In this document: positions 1 to 9,375 of the stretch, piece by piece
How the letters are laid out: every line of letters starts with the position of its first letter
Numbering within the stretch: position 1 is the stretch's first letter
From: an uncultured Chromatiaceae bacterium
Lineage (GTDB): Bacteria; Pseudomonadota; Gammaproteobacteria; DRLM01
Reading direction: 5' to 3'
DNA: 64,000 nt
Assembly (NCBI GenBank): GCA_945787555.1
Contig: CALZJG010000155.1
Location: 24,015-88,014 of the forward strand
The notes under the pieces: model-generated
Databases searched by the model: none
What the model was told of the DNA's origin: nothing
Seen by the model: the letters and a program-made list of their open reading frames with translations, nothing else
Position numbers and translations under genes: made by a program

Positions 1-2
1 TG

Positions 3-653
3 CATGAAGTGGCCGCCGAGGTCTTGGGCGCGCGGGTGCCCGTGGCGGTGGTGTCCGGCCCCACTTTCGCACGCGAGGTGGCAGTGGGGTTGCCCGCCGC
101 GGTGACTGTCGCGGCGAGCACGCCCGCACTGGCCACCCATTTCGCCGCGCGCTTGCACGGCCCGAGTTTTCGCGCCTACACCAGCGATGACATGGTCGGG
201 GTGGAAGTGGGCGGTGCGGTTAAGAATGTGCTGGCCATCGCCGCCGGCATCGCCGATGGCCTGGGCTTCGGCGCCAATACGCGTGCCGCGCTGGTGACGC
301 GCGGATTGGCGGAGATGATGCGCCTGGGGGTGGCGCTCGGCGGCAAGCGCGACACGTTCATGGGTTTGGCGGGTTTGGGGGATTTGGTGCTGACCTGCAC
401 CGATGATCAATCGCGCAATCGTCGCCTGGGCTTAGCCTTGGCGCGCGGTGAGTCAGTCGAACAAGCCTGCGCGAGCTTGCAGCAAGTGGTGGAGGGGGTA
501 GACGCGGCGCCTGTGGTGGCGCGCCAGGCACAACGTTTGGGCGTGGAGATGCCCATCGTCGAGCAAGTGTGCCGCGTGCTCACTTCGGCCTGTCCGCCGC
601 GCGAGGCCGTCAATGCCTTACTGGCCCGCGAACCCAAGGCGGAGCGCGAGTGA
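3..653 (+). CDS. gpsA: NAD(P)H-dependent glycerol-3-phosphate dehydrogenase (5'-truncated by window edge)
   Basis: Motifs [38 protein letters not shown]; the frame is open to the window start. Confidence 0.95.
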   Translation, partial: HEVAAEVLGARVPVAVVSGPTFAREVAVGLPAAVTVAASTPALATHFAARLHGPSFRAYTSDDMVGVEVGGAVKNVLAIAAGIADGLGFGANTRAALVTRGLAEMMRLGVALGGKRDTFMGLAGLGDLVLTCTDDQSRNRRLGLALARGESVEQACASLQQVVEGVDAAPVVARQAQRLGVEMPIVEQVCRVLTSACPPREAVNALLAREPKAERE

Positions 654-663
654 TGGGGCCGTC

Positions 664-1329
664 ATGCGAGCGATGATCCTCGCGGCGGGACGCGGCGAAC
701 GCATGCGCCCGCTCACCGATCACACGCCCAAGCCATTACTCGAGGTGGGTGGGCGGACACTCATCGAACATCATCTCATCAGGTTGGCGCAGGCCGGCGT
801 GCGCGAGGTGGTCATCAATCTGGCGCATCTCGGCGAGCGCATCGCACAAGCCTTGGGCGACGGCGCGCGGCAGGGTGTGCGCATCGTTTATTCGCACGAG
901 GGCGAGCGCGCCTTGGAGACCGGCGGCGGTATCTTTCATGCGTTGCCCATGATGGGGGAGGCGCCCTTCATCGTAGTCAACGGCGATGTATACAGTGATT
1001 TTCCCTACGCGAGCTTACCAACGGACGTGCCGGGGTGGGCGCATTTGGTCATGGTGCCCAATCCCGCCCAGCATCCACAGGGTGATTTTTTGCTTGCGGG
1101 TGACAGTGTGCGCGACGAGGGTGAACCGCGGCTGACTTACAGCGGCATTGGCGTCTTGCGGCGTGAGTTGTTCGCGGATTGCCGCGCCGGTGTGTTTCCG
1201 CTGGCGCCGCTGTTACGCCGTGCGATGACGGCGGGCCGAGTGAGCGGGCAGCGTTATGACGGGCTGTGGTGCGACGTGGGCACGCCCGAGCGTCTGCGGG
1301 CCTTGGACGAGGTGTTGTCGCAGCGTTGA
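664..1329 (+). CDS. murU: N-acetylmuramate alpha-1-phosphate uridylyltransferase (nucleotidyltransferase)
   Basis: Starts [26 protein letters not shown]; also [14 protein letters not shown] and [10 protein letters not shown]. Confidence 0.9.
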   Translation: MRAMILAAGRGERMRPLTDHTPKPLLEVGGRTLIEHHLIRLAQAGVREVVINLAHLGERIAQALGDGARQGVRIVYSHEGERALETGGGIFHALPMMGEAPFIVVNGDVYSDFPYASLPTDVPGWAHLVMVPNPAQHPQGDFLLAGDSVRDEGEPRLTYSGIGVLRRELFADCRAGVFPLAPLLRRAMTAGRVSGQRYDGLWCDVGTPERLRALDEVLSQR

Positions 1330-1330
1330 A

Positions 1331-2023
1331 TCAATCCCCCGCGGGGATAATGCTGAATTCCTGAATCTGTTCCAGATTGGTGAGCGTTTCCGCCAGCAGG
1401 CGCAAATTCTCCGGATGGCGGGTGCGGATGGTCATGCTGTACTGGAACGTGCGGCCCTCGTCTTCTAGCTCATAGCTGGGATAATTGGCGGAGATATCGT
1501 GGCTATGTACGATGTCGAATAGCGTTTCTTTGGAGATGTAAGAGAGGCGGGGAAAGCGCACCGTCAGTTTGGCGTAGCGCACGGCGGGCATGATGGACTC
1601 CAACCAACGGAACACGCTCAGTGTGCCCAGGGCCACTAGCACGCCGAGGACGGCGGCGGAATGGAAGCCCATGCCGATGACCACGCCGACCGCGGCCGTG
1701 ATCCAAATCGAGGCAGCGGTGGTCAGGCCACGCACGGCGAACTGCTCTTTGACGATGACGCCGGCGCCGAGGAAGCCGATACCGGTCATGATGCCCTGCG
1801 CCATGCGCGTGGGATCGACGCGGATGGTTTCCATGGGCGCGGATGGCAGCAAATCCCATTGATAGACCGACACCAGAATCAGCAGCGTCGAGGATGTGCA
1901 CACCAGCACATGAGTGCGAAAACCCGCCGGCCGGCCGTGAAAAGTGCGCTCGAAACCGATTGCGCCTCCGGCGAGCAGGGCGAGCAAGAGGCGGGTAGCA
2001 ACGGTAATTAACTGCTCATCCAT
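1331..2023 (-). CDS. MgtC/SapB family membrane protein with C-terminal ACT-like domain
   Basis: IGFER..GRPAGFRTHVLV, GIGFLGAGVI, GLTTAASIW. Confidence 0.9.
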   Translation of the reverse strand: MDEQLITVATRLLLALLAGGAIGFERTFHGRPAGFRTHVLVCTSSTLLILVSVYQWDLLPSAPMETIRVDPTRMAQGIMTGIGFLGAGVIVKEQFAVRGLTTAASIWITAAVGVVIGMGFHSAAVLGVLVALGTLSVFRWLESIMPAVRYAKLTVRFPRLSYISKETLFDIVHSHDISANYPSYELEDEGRTFQYSMTIRTRHPENLRLLAETLTNLEQIQEFSIIPAGD

Positions 2024-2415
2024 GATGCGGCGGCCTCCTTGTTATCGAGTGTGCCCACGCAATGAAGCGCGCACCGAGTTGCCATAGCCGATGTAGATGG
2101 CGCCCCCGTGGGTTTTGTCGGTTGTGGCAGCGCTTTCTGAATAGGGGGCTATGATATTATGATAGTTCATCACGTCGCCGCGCCTGTGGGCGCGCCGCAC
2201 AGCTGCGCTTCCAGGGAAGAACGCATCATTCGGGTGTTCATGGCCTGTCCATGGCATCCCGACGGGCCGCCGCTTAAGGAACCGTCGGATATCGCCGACT
2301 AGATATAAAGTTCGGATCCGTCCCCAGTCTTAAGGAGCTCCAGGCTTATGAGTACCGTTATGCGTCATGTTGCATTGATTGAGTGTGTGTGTGATTACAT
2401 CGGAGGGGGTCAGCA

Positions 2416-3588
2416 ATGAAAGCCAAAGATCGCCGTCTGGCCGAATTGAAGGCCCAGATACCCGAAGTGATGCCCGAGGATGCCTTGGCGATGAAAGCCC
2501 AGGGCGCCACCCTGCTCGATGTGCGCGAGAACGATGAAGTCGCCCAGGGCAGCCCCGAGGGCGCGCTCCGCCTGGGGCGCGGCTTCTTGGAGCTGCGCAT
2601 CGAAGATGCCGTGGCGGATCTCGATCAACCATTGCTGGTCATGTGTGCGGGTGGGGTGCGCTCACTGTTCGCCGCCGAGACGTTGTCACGGATGGGCTAT
2701 ACCAACGTCAAGTCCGTGGCCGGCGGTTTCAGCCGCTGGAAGAACAACGGTCTGCCCTTCGAGATGCCGCGCTTTCTCGATGACGATGCCCGCGAGCGCT
2801 ATGCTCGTCATTTGCTGCTGCCCGAAGTGGGCGAGGCCGGTCAGCTCAAGCTCATGGAAAGCAAGGTGTTGATGATAGGCGCCGGTGGCTTGGGGTCGCC
2901 TGCGGCCTATTACCTCTCGGCGGCAGGTGTCGGCACCCTGGGTCTGGTGGATCACGATGTCGTGGATCGCAGCAATCTCCAGCGGCAGATACTGCACACC
3001 GAGGCGCGCATCAACACGTCGAAGGTGGCCTCGGCGCGTGAGGCAATCGAATCGCTTAATCCGCGCGTGAAAGTGGTGGGCTACGAGACTCGCCTGGATT
3101 CGTCCAACGTCGAGGAAATACTTTCCAATTACGACATGGTGGTGGATGGCTCCGATAACTTGCCCACCCGCTATTTGATCAACGATGCCTGTGTGAAGCT
3201 GGGTATCCCCAATATCCACGCCGCCGTGTACCGCTTCGAGGGTCAGATCACGGTATTCTGGCCCCAATATGAAAAGCATCGTGGCGGCTGTTATCGCTGT
3301 ATGTTCCCCGAGCCGCCACCGCCCGAGTCGGCGCCTTCTTGTGCCGAAATAGGTGTCCTGGGCGTATTGCCGGGGGTACTGGGTGTGCTGCAAGCCGTTG
3401 AAGCGGTGAAGGTATTGCTGGGTATCGGCGAGCCTTTGGTCGGCAAGATGCTTTACTACGACGCCCTGCGCGGTTCATTCAGTCAGTTCAAATTGTCGCG
3501 CAACACCAAATGTAAAGTGTGTGGCGATGACGCCGTGATCGGCGAGTACGAAGATTACGCGCAAGTGTGCAGCAGTAAGGCTGGATGA
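2416..3588 (+). CDS. moeB: Molybdopterin-synthase adenylyltransferase MoeB/ThiF with N-terminal rhodanese domain
   Basis: Rhodanese motifs (LDVRE, CAGGVRS), then RYARH, IGAGGLGS, DVVDRSNLQRQ, CYRC and CKVC. Confidence 0.85.
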   Translation: MKAKDRRLAELKAQIPEVMPEDALAMKAQGATLLDVRENDEVAQGSPEGALRLGRGFLELRIEDAVADLDQPLLVMCAGGVRSLFAAETLSRMGYTNVKSVAGGFSRWKNNGLPFEMPRFLDDDARERYARHLLLPEVGEAGQLKLMESKVLMIGAGGLGSPAAYYLSAAGVGTLGLVDHDVVDRSNLQRQILHTEARINTSKVASAREAIESLNPRVKVVGYETRLDSSNVEEILSNYDMVVDGSDNLPTRYLINDACVKLGIPNIHAAVYRFEGQITVFWPQYEKHRGGCYRCMFPEPPPPESAPSCAEIGVLGVLPGVLGVLQAVEAVKVLLGIGEPLVGKMLYYDALRGSFSQFKLSRNTKCKVCGDDAVIGEYEDYAQVCSSKAG

Positions 3589-3608
3589 AGGCCGGATAAG
3601 CTCGCATC

Positions 3609-3633
3609 GCCGGTCGTAAAGGCCGGCGTTTTT
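3609..3633 (+). terminator. Intrinsic terminator after moeB
   Basis: GCCGGTC/GGCCGGC stem followed by GTTTTT. Confidence 0.6.
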
Positions 3634-3637
3634 CCCG

Positions 3638-4117
3638 CTAAATCCCCGCCAACAAGATGAACGAGAGACTCTCGCCGGGCCATAGCATCGCTTGGTAGCC
3701 CATCAGCAGGGCATACATGGCGAGAACGCCGTACATCACATGTTTCATCGAGAAAAGCTTGAACAGAGTTTGGCGGTGATAGCCTACCAAGACCACCAGC
3801 CCTAGTCCGGTGAGCAGCATTTTTACCGCGATGAACAGCGTGGTGTTGGTATGGATCAGATGATCCATCAGGAGATTGGCCTCTTCTGCGCCCCTCAAAA
3901 TCAATAGCAGGGTGTTGTGGGCGTCAGCCAGACAGAGAATCAGCGTCAAGATGACGATGATCAGCCAGTGGGCGGGATAGTGATCCGAGTGCAAATCCTT
4001 TTGCGTATGCTCATCGTCGCGCCGAGAGCCGCGGCGCCGCCCCCGCAAGGCATGCACATTGAAAAAGGGATGATGGGTGCGCTGGCGACGATCGGTAGGG
4101 CTGTTACGACGCTGCAT
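3638..4117 (-). CDS. DUF5658-like membrane protein with Arg-rich N-terminus
   Basis: ATG at 4117 preceded by GAGG; DRRQ...GRRRGSRRDDE followed by LCLADAHNT, GAEEANLLM and TM helices. Confidence 0.65.
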   Translation of the reverse strand: MQRRNSPTDRRQRTHHPFFNVHALRGRRRGSRRDDEHTQKDLHSDHYPAHWLIIVILTLILCLADAHNTLLLILRGAEEANLLMDHLIHTNTTLFIAVKMLLTGLGLVVLVGYHRQTLFKLFSMKHVMYGVLAMYALLMGYQAMLWPGESLSFILLAGI

Positions 4118-4152
4118 GACTACCTGCCTCAAAAGACTGCTATACGGGGATT

Positions 4153-4168
4153 TGCAGATTATATGCCA
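4153..4168 (-). promoter_or_regulatory. sigma54 (-24/-12) promoter for the DUF5658 gene
   Basis: Minus strand reads TGGCATATAATCTGCA (GG-N10-GC), ~35 nt upstream of the ATG. Confidence 0.6.
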
Positions 4169-4419
4169 CGGGTGGTTTTTCGCGCGCTGTCAGGCGCTTG
4201 TATGGTCAGTCCGGTGGCGCCCGAGTCGCGAGTGTAAACTAATCCGACACCCTATTCTCTATAGGTCCAAGCCGGGGGCTCAACTTTTTTCCACGCTGGG
4301 CCGATACACGGTTTAGATACCTACCGTCCCTAGCAGGGCGGCGTCATGTTTAACGGATGTATTCGTTTTTTATCCGACCGGGCCGGGAGCAGTGCCGGGG
4401 CGGGTACGAGGAACCGCTC

Positions 4420-5802
4420 ATGGCAGTGGCAGTAAAGCTGAAAAGATACTTAGATAATAAACGCGTGATTTACGACGTGTACGAGTTGCGGCCCTTCTCG
4501 TCATTGCTGCAGGCCGCCGAGAGCGCCGAGGTGCATCCCAGCGCTGTGGCCAAGACCATCATGCTCAAGGATGAGTTGGGTTTGGTGGCGGTGGTGATGC
4601 CGGCGACGCACAGCCTGGATGCCCCGGCGTTGAGCAAAATGCTGTCGCGGCGTTTGGAACTAGCCAGTGAAGAGCAAATCCGTTCGGTGTTTCGTGATTG
4701 TGACCCGCGCTTCGTGCCGTCCTTGGGCGATGCCTACGGGGTGCGCACCATTCTTGACGAGGCCTTGCTGACACCGGAGTCAATTTTCTTCCCTGTCGGC
4801 GACAACGCCCGTTTGATTGCGGTCAGCAACAAGAATTTCTTCAACTTGTTGAACAGGGCTTGGTTAGCCGGCAATTTTTCGCGCCCCTTGGGCGGTCACG
4901 AGAGCCAAGTTGAAGGTGGTGCCGTGCAAACCGGCTTCGGATCGGCCGCCGAACTCGAGCGACGTATACGCGAAGTCCATCATCTGCCGCCCATGCCCGA
5001 TTTGGCGCGACGCATCTTCGCGTTGCGTGCCGACCCCTCGGCCAATGCTGATAAGCTAGGCAAGATCGTCGACGTCGATCCCAGTCTGGCGGCGCAAGTG
5101 ATGCGCTATGCGCGTTCGCCCTTTTATGCCTATCAAGGCAAAGTGGACTCGGTGCAAACGGCGATATCACGCGTGTTGGGTTTCGAAATGGTGATGAATC
5201 TGGCGCTGGGTATCGCCGCCGCGCGGCCGTTCAAGATTCCGGCCATCGGTCCTTTGGGCTTAAATAATTTTTGGCGTCATGCCACGTACAGTGCGGCCTT
5301 GGTGCAGACCTTGGGGCGCGAGTTGCCGGCGGCGCGGCGCTTACCGGCGGGGATGTGTTATCTCGCCGGCTTGCTGCACAATTTCGGCCATCTATTGCTG
5401 GGCCATTTATTCAAGCGTGAGTTCTGTGTGCTGAGCAATCTCATCGGCGAGCATCCCGAAGTGCCGGTGGTGGAGCAAGAACTCGCCACCCTGGGCGTAG
5501 ATCATGGCAAGCTGGGGGCGTGGTTGATGGACGCGTGGAATATGCCCGAGGAAATCGTAGTGGCGGTTCGTGAACACCATAATGAAGATTACAACGGTCC
5601 CCATGCCGACTATGCCCGCTTGGTATTGATCGCCGACCGCATGTTAAAAGAGCACGGTTTGGGCGATGCCCCGAGCGCCGAGATGCCGCCTCAGGTACTT
5701 GCCGCGCTGGATATCGAAGAAGTACACACGGTCATGGTCATGGGGCGTCTCCTCGAGGGTTGCGAAGACCTCAATGCCATGGCGCGTCAACTCGCCGCCT
5801 GA
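4420..5802 (+). CDS. YbaK/aminoacyl-tRNA deacylase-like domain fused to HDOD domain
   Basis: N-terminal YbaK-like (AKTIMLKD, VVMPA, LELASE, DC...VPSLG); C-terminal HDOD (LPPMP, DPSLAAQVMRYA, FWRH, GLLHNFG, HGKLG, HH). Confidence 0.85.
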   Translation: MAVAVKLKRYLDNKRVIYDVYELRPFSSLLQAAESAEVHPSAVAKTIMLKDELGLVAVVMPATHSLDAPALSKMLSRRLELASEEQIRSVFRDCDPRFVPSLGDAYGVRTILDEALLTPESIFFPVGDNARLIAVSNKNFFNLLNRAWLAGNFSRPLGGHESQVEGGAVQTGFGSAAELERRIREVHHLPPMPDLARRIFALRADPSANADKLGKIVDVDPSLAAQVMRYARSPFYAYQGKVDSVQTAISRVLGFEMVMNLALGIAAARPFKIPAIGPLGLNNFWRHATYSAALVQTLGRELPAARRLPAGMCYLAGLLHNFGHLLLGHLFKREFCVLSNLIGEHPEVPVVEQELATLGVDHGKLGAWLMDAWNMPEEIVVAVREHHNEDYNGPHADYARLVLIADRMLKEHGLGDAPSAEMPPQVLAALDIEEVHTVMVMGRLLEGCEDLNAMARQLAA

Positions 5803-5874
5803 TTAAGTGCCACGCGCGCTGTCTGCTAGTCGAGCGGACGAATTTAGATATATCTCGCACTATGCCCGCCTATC

Positions 5875-5913
5875 AGAGACTGGCGCCCATGTACTGCATG
5901 GGCGCCAGTCTCT
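5875..5913. repeat. Perfect 17-bp inverted repeat (likely bidirectional terminator)
   Basis: AGAGACTGGCGCCCATG-tactg-CATGGGCGCCAGTCTCT between convergent genes. Confidence 0.8.
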
Positions 5914-5980
5914 CTCGAGTTGATGCTTGAGCTTTGCTCTTCCACTGTTGAATGCCGCGCTGCCCGTTATTCGTTTGTTC

Positions 5981-6574
5981 TTACCTAAAGCGATCAAAAA
6001 TGGAGTGGCGGTGGATGTCAATTTGACCGCGCACTTCGCCCGGGGGGTTGGCAACGGTGTGGACGTTCACATAGGCGTTGCCGTTGAGGATGTTGGCGAT
6101 GGCCTGCTCCCAGGCCTTCATGGGCTCAGGGTCCAGCAAGGGTAGTGAGGCCAACATTCCGGGTGTGAGGGTGCCGGAAATTTCGCCCATGAAGGGGCCA
6201 TCATCCCGAGGTACAGTGAATCCCAGCGGGTTGTCGCCTTGATGGCCGAACAGCCACAGCATAACCGGGCCGTTACGCCCCTTGGGTCCCAAGTGAATAT
6301 GGGCCATGAATATGGGGGTGGCGGTGCCGGTGACCTTCAAAGTGTAGTGCAATGCGCTGCGGTCGGGCATGAGTCTGAAATGCGCCTCGCCGTGGGCGCC
6401 GGTGACCAAGCCGATGACCGGGAGCGTGGCTTCGCCGACTTGGGTGTCGACCACTTGCTCGGCCCCGCCGAGATCAGCATGCAGATTGACGGGTTTGGGT
6501 TGGCGAGCGGCGAGGGTGGACGAGAAGGCGGCGATGGATAACGACAATATGGAGAGGGTAATCCATTTATTCAT
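5981..6574 (-). CDS. Secreted CHRD domain protein
   Basis: Signal peptide; L.GAEQV, AHIHLG..G.NGPV, AYVNVHT..NPPGEVRGQI. Confidence 0.85.
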   Translation of the reverse strand: MNKWITLSILSLSIAAFSSTLAARQPKPVNLHADLGGAEQVVDTQVGEATLPVIGLVTGAHGEAHFRLMPDRSALHYTLKVTGTATPIFMAHIHLGPKGRNGPVMLWLFGHQGDNPLGFTVPRDDGPFMGEISGTLTPGMLASLPLLDPEPMKAWEQAIANILNGNAYVNVHTVANPPGEVRGQIDIHRHSIFDRFR

Positions 6575-6801
6575 GGTGTTTCTCCTATTGGATAGATGTA
6601 GGACAGAGCCCCGGAATGAGATGGTGCAGTAACGGCTAGCGAACTCCTGTGCGGCAAGAAAATGCGGGGTTCAATTCTAAAGCTAGCACTCACGGCGCGG
6701 GAAGCAAGTTGCGGCCTAGGGAAGAGCCCGGGTCGGATTCCCTAAAATGGTTTGTTACAATGGCTCAAAAAGCGGTAACAGAACAGTCAGCGGGGGGCGT
6801 C

Positions 6802-7176
6802 ATGAATTCCATAAATAAAGATGGGTTTGATTTCGATGCGTGGGCGGCGTTGGCGGAGGCGGATCCGCAAGCTTTTGAAGCGCAACGTCACGCCGCCATT
6901 GAGGCGTTAATTGCCGAATCCCGGCCCGAGTTACAGCGTCGCTTGCGCGGCTTGCAATGGCGCTTGGACATGGAGCGGCGGCGCTACCACCACCCCTTGG
7001 CGGCGTGTACGCATGCTTTCAATGCCATGTGGGAATCAGTTTATGGTGAAGGGGGTCTGGTCGAGGCGCTGAACGGAACGCGTGCGCCGGCTGCCACCGC
7101 CACAGTAATGCATTTACCCGCTAAAGCCAGCGCTTCCACCTCCCGTGTTACAACCACAGTCCCGACCAAGTCTTGA
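6802..7176 (+). CDS. DUF3135 family protein
   Basis: FDFDAWAALAEADPQAFEAQR...LRGLQWRLDMERRR..HPL. Confidence 0.75.
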   Translation: MNSINKDGFDFDAWAALAEADPQAFEAQRHAAIEALIAESRPELQRRLRGLQWRLDMERRRYHHPLAACTHAFNAMWESVYGEGGLVEALNGTRAPAATATVMHLPAKASASTSRVTTTVPTKS

Positions 7177-7774
7177 TGAGTTGGGTCCAGAGCTGTTCCG
7201 GTTGAGCGGAAAACACCGCTTGTGGATCGGCCGGAACCAGCAGCCAATCGCCGTGCGCCAGTTCGTTTTCCAGTTGTCCCGGCGCCCAGCCGGCATAGCC
7301 GGCATAAGCGCGCACGCCGTTCCCTGGCAGTGTGGCACTGATGGCCTGATGCAACGCGAGGACGCCAGTGCCGAAATGCAGGCCGTCCATCACCGGCCGT
7401 AATGCGTCCGCGCCTTCCCCCTGCGACAAAAAAAACAGATCATGCGGTTCGACCGGCCCACCCAAGAAAATGACGTCGGTGGATAGTCGCAGTGTGCTGA
7501 GGTTGGGTAACGCCTGGGTCAGTTTCAGTGTGCTAGGACGATTGATAATCAAGCCAATAGCGCCCTGTCGACCGTGCTGGGTAATCAAGATTACCGTCTT
7601 GTGGAAGCGCCGATCGAGCATATGTTCGCGCGCGACCAACAATACCCCGGTATGCAGAGCGGGAGGGGCGAATTCCGGTGGGGCCGGCGCGTGGAGGGCG
7701 CCGCTTACAGTGGCCGTGCTACCCACCCACACGGTCAGCACTACCCATCGTATCAGCAAACGGTATAAGCTCAT
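7148..7774 (-). CDS. YqgE/AlgH family protein with N-terminal signal or TM segment
   Basis: LLVA...F.KTVILI.QH...GAIGLIINRP, FLGGPV, GYAGWAPGQLENE...WL. Confidence 0.85.
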   Translation of the reverse strand: MSLYRLLIRWVVLTVWVGSTATVSGALHAPAPPEFAPPALHTGVLLVAREHMLDRRFHKTVILITQHGRQGAIGLIINRPSTLKLTQALPNLSTLRLSTDVIFLGGPVEPHDLFFLSQGEGADALRPVMDGLHFGTGVLALHQAISATLPGNGVRAYAGYAGWAPGQLENELAHGDWLLVPADPQAVFSAQPEQLWTQLIKTWSGLWL

Positions 7775-7796
7775 GGCTTCCCCCGTTTATTGCGTT

Positions 7797-7818
7797 TGCT
7801 ATAGATTAAACTATAGCA
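7797..7818. promoter_or_regulatory. Palindromic operator candidate TGCTATAG-N6-CTATAGCA
   Basis: Perfect 8-bp inverted repeat with a 6-bp AT spacer, in a divergent intergenic region. Confidence 0.5.
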
Positions 7819-7903
7819 CCGTGTCGCTCATTAGCGACTCCGCTAAATGACTGGCCGCAGTCGGTCGATAACCTCTAGACCATGTCCGCTGAGGAATATG
7901 GGT

Positions 7904-8191
7904 ATGAAATTGTTTTTAATCTTCGTGGTAGTACTGATGAGCGTGGCCGTCAATCTGCCAGAGGGCATGATCGCGCGCGTAGGCGTCGATCCGAACTGGG
8001 TATTGGCCGCTTTGCTGGCGTGGGTGATTGCCGCCATGATCTATCAGCGCCCTCCGGCGCTGATAGGTATCGTCGTACTCCTGTCCTTTGGTGCCAATTT
8101 TCCTCTCGATATCGGCATCGACCGTGACATATTGGCGGGTACACTAGTCGCGCTCGTGGTTGTGCCCTATGTGGCGTCGTGGTTAGAGTGA
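7904..8191 (+). CDS. Small hypothetical membrane protein
   Basis: GAGG RBS; 3-4 hydrophobic segments. Confidence 0.65.
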   Translation: MKLFLIFVVVLMSVAVNLPEGMIARVGVDPNWVLAALLAWVIAAMIYQRPPALIGIVVLLSFGANFPLDIGIDRDILAGTLVALVVVPYVASWLE

Positions 8192-8286
8192 TGCCTTACA
8201 GGTTGCAGAAATCAATTAAGCTTGCTAGCGCGATGTTGAGCGCGCGCTTAGTCCAAGCGCCGCTGGCTACCTAAGTCCGTGGGCGG

Positions 8287-8832
8287 CTAAGAATTGAGCC
8301 GCCGGGATTTCTCCGTCATTCGCGCAATGGAACGGTCGGTACTCAAGCGCGAGATGTCTGCCAGCGCCACCCACGCCAAGTCCTTCGATTCGCTGCTAAT
8401 GACCAGTGGTGCGTGTCGGTCCGCCGCCAGCAAAAAGCGCACGTCATAGTGCAAGTGGCGCGGTTCGGCGCCGCGCGCTGGGATCGCGTGCACATCAATG
8501 TCGAAAATATGCGCGCTCTGTGGGTGAATGTCATGCAGTCCCGATTCCTCGCGCGCCTCGCGTAGCGCGACTTGCTGCACATCGGTTTCGCCATCGGCGT
8601 GCCCGCCCAGTTGCAGCCAGCGATCCAGCTTACGGTGATGGGTGAGCAGCGCGTAGTTGCATTCGTGGTCCACTATCCACGCCGAGCCGGTGATGTGCCC
8701 TTCTAGCGTTGCGCGTTCGAAACAGCCCATTTCACGGCTGACGAATTCCACTAGATTGCGGTGCATGATTGCTTCATCGGCGTCGTGCGGCCGATAGGCG
8801 CGCAGCAAGTTCAAGAGCGGTTCGCGATGCAT
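8287..8832 (-). CDS. NUDIX hydrolase
   Basis: Nudix box GGHADGETDVQQVALREAREESG; also GHITGSAWIV and H.HYDVRFL. Confidence 0.9.
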   Translation of the reverse strand: MHREPLLNLLRAYRPHDADEAIMHRNLVEFVSREMGCFERATLEGHITGSAWIVDHECNYALLTHHRKLDRWLQLGGHADGETDVQQVALREAREESGLHDIHPQSAHIFDIDVHAIPARGAEPRHLHYDVRFLLAADRHAPLVISSESKDLAWVALADISRLSTDRSIARMTEKSRRLNS

Positions 8833-8881
8833 GAATATTCCCGTGGTTGTCGCTACGATGGGCCTGTTGCGGCTCGCCGCA

Positions 8882-9247
8882 TTATAGAGAATCAGCGCGC
8901 GTGAGTCGTTTGATGAATACCTGGCCATCTTCGATCGCCAGCGCCAGCGCTTCCAGCGAGCGATGTAGGCAGGGTCCCCATACGCAATAACCATCGTGGA
9001 TGCGAAACAGTGCGCCATGCAGTGCGCACTGGATGTGCTGGCCGTCGAGGCTGAGGAACTCATCCGCGCCCCAGTTAAGCGGTGCGCCGGTGTGCGGGCA
9101 GGCATTGAAGTAGCCGTGAACGCGCTGGTTGCGGCGCACCAGGAATATTTCTGTGCCGGCTTCGTCACCGAGTGGGATGAGCCTGCTGCCGCCATCGGGT
9201 ATGTCGTGAAGATGGCACAAGGGGAAAGATGTATTTTGTGTAGCCAT
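8882..9247 (-). CDS. Rieske [2Fe-2S] ferredoxin-like protein
   Basis: NACPHTG...IQCALHGALF (CxH / CxxH ligands). Confidence 0.9.
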   Translation of the reverse strand: MATQNTSFPLCHLHDIPDGGSRLIPLGDEAGTEIFLVRRNQRVHGYFNACPHTGAPLNWGADEFLSLDGQHIQCALHGALFRIHDGYCVWGPCLHRSLEALALAIEDGQVFIKRLTRADSL

Positions 9248-9375
9248 GAGCGTCGATAGTGGCGTTGAAGGGGAGTAGCGTCAAGAACTCCGCTGCGCTG
9301 TAGCGGGTCCGATATGACGGTGAGGTGAAAAATTCACGTGATGTCGCCGATAACTGAGTAGTGTATTGAGTTGTC

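Noticed and set aside
2383-2392. (GT)5 microsatellite as a phase-variation switch for moeB
   Set aside because: Too short, and not clearly inside a promoter spacer.
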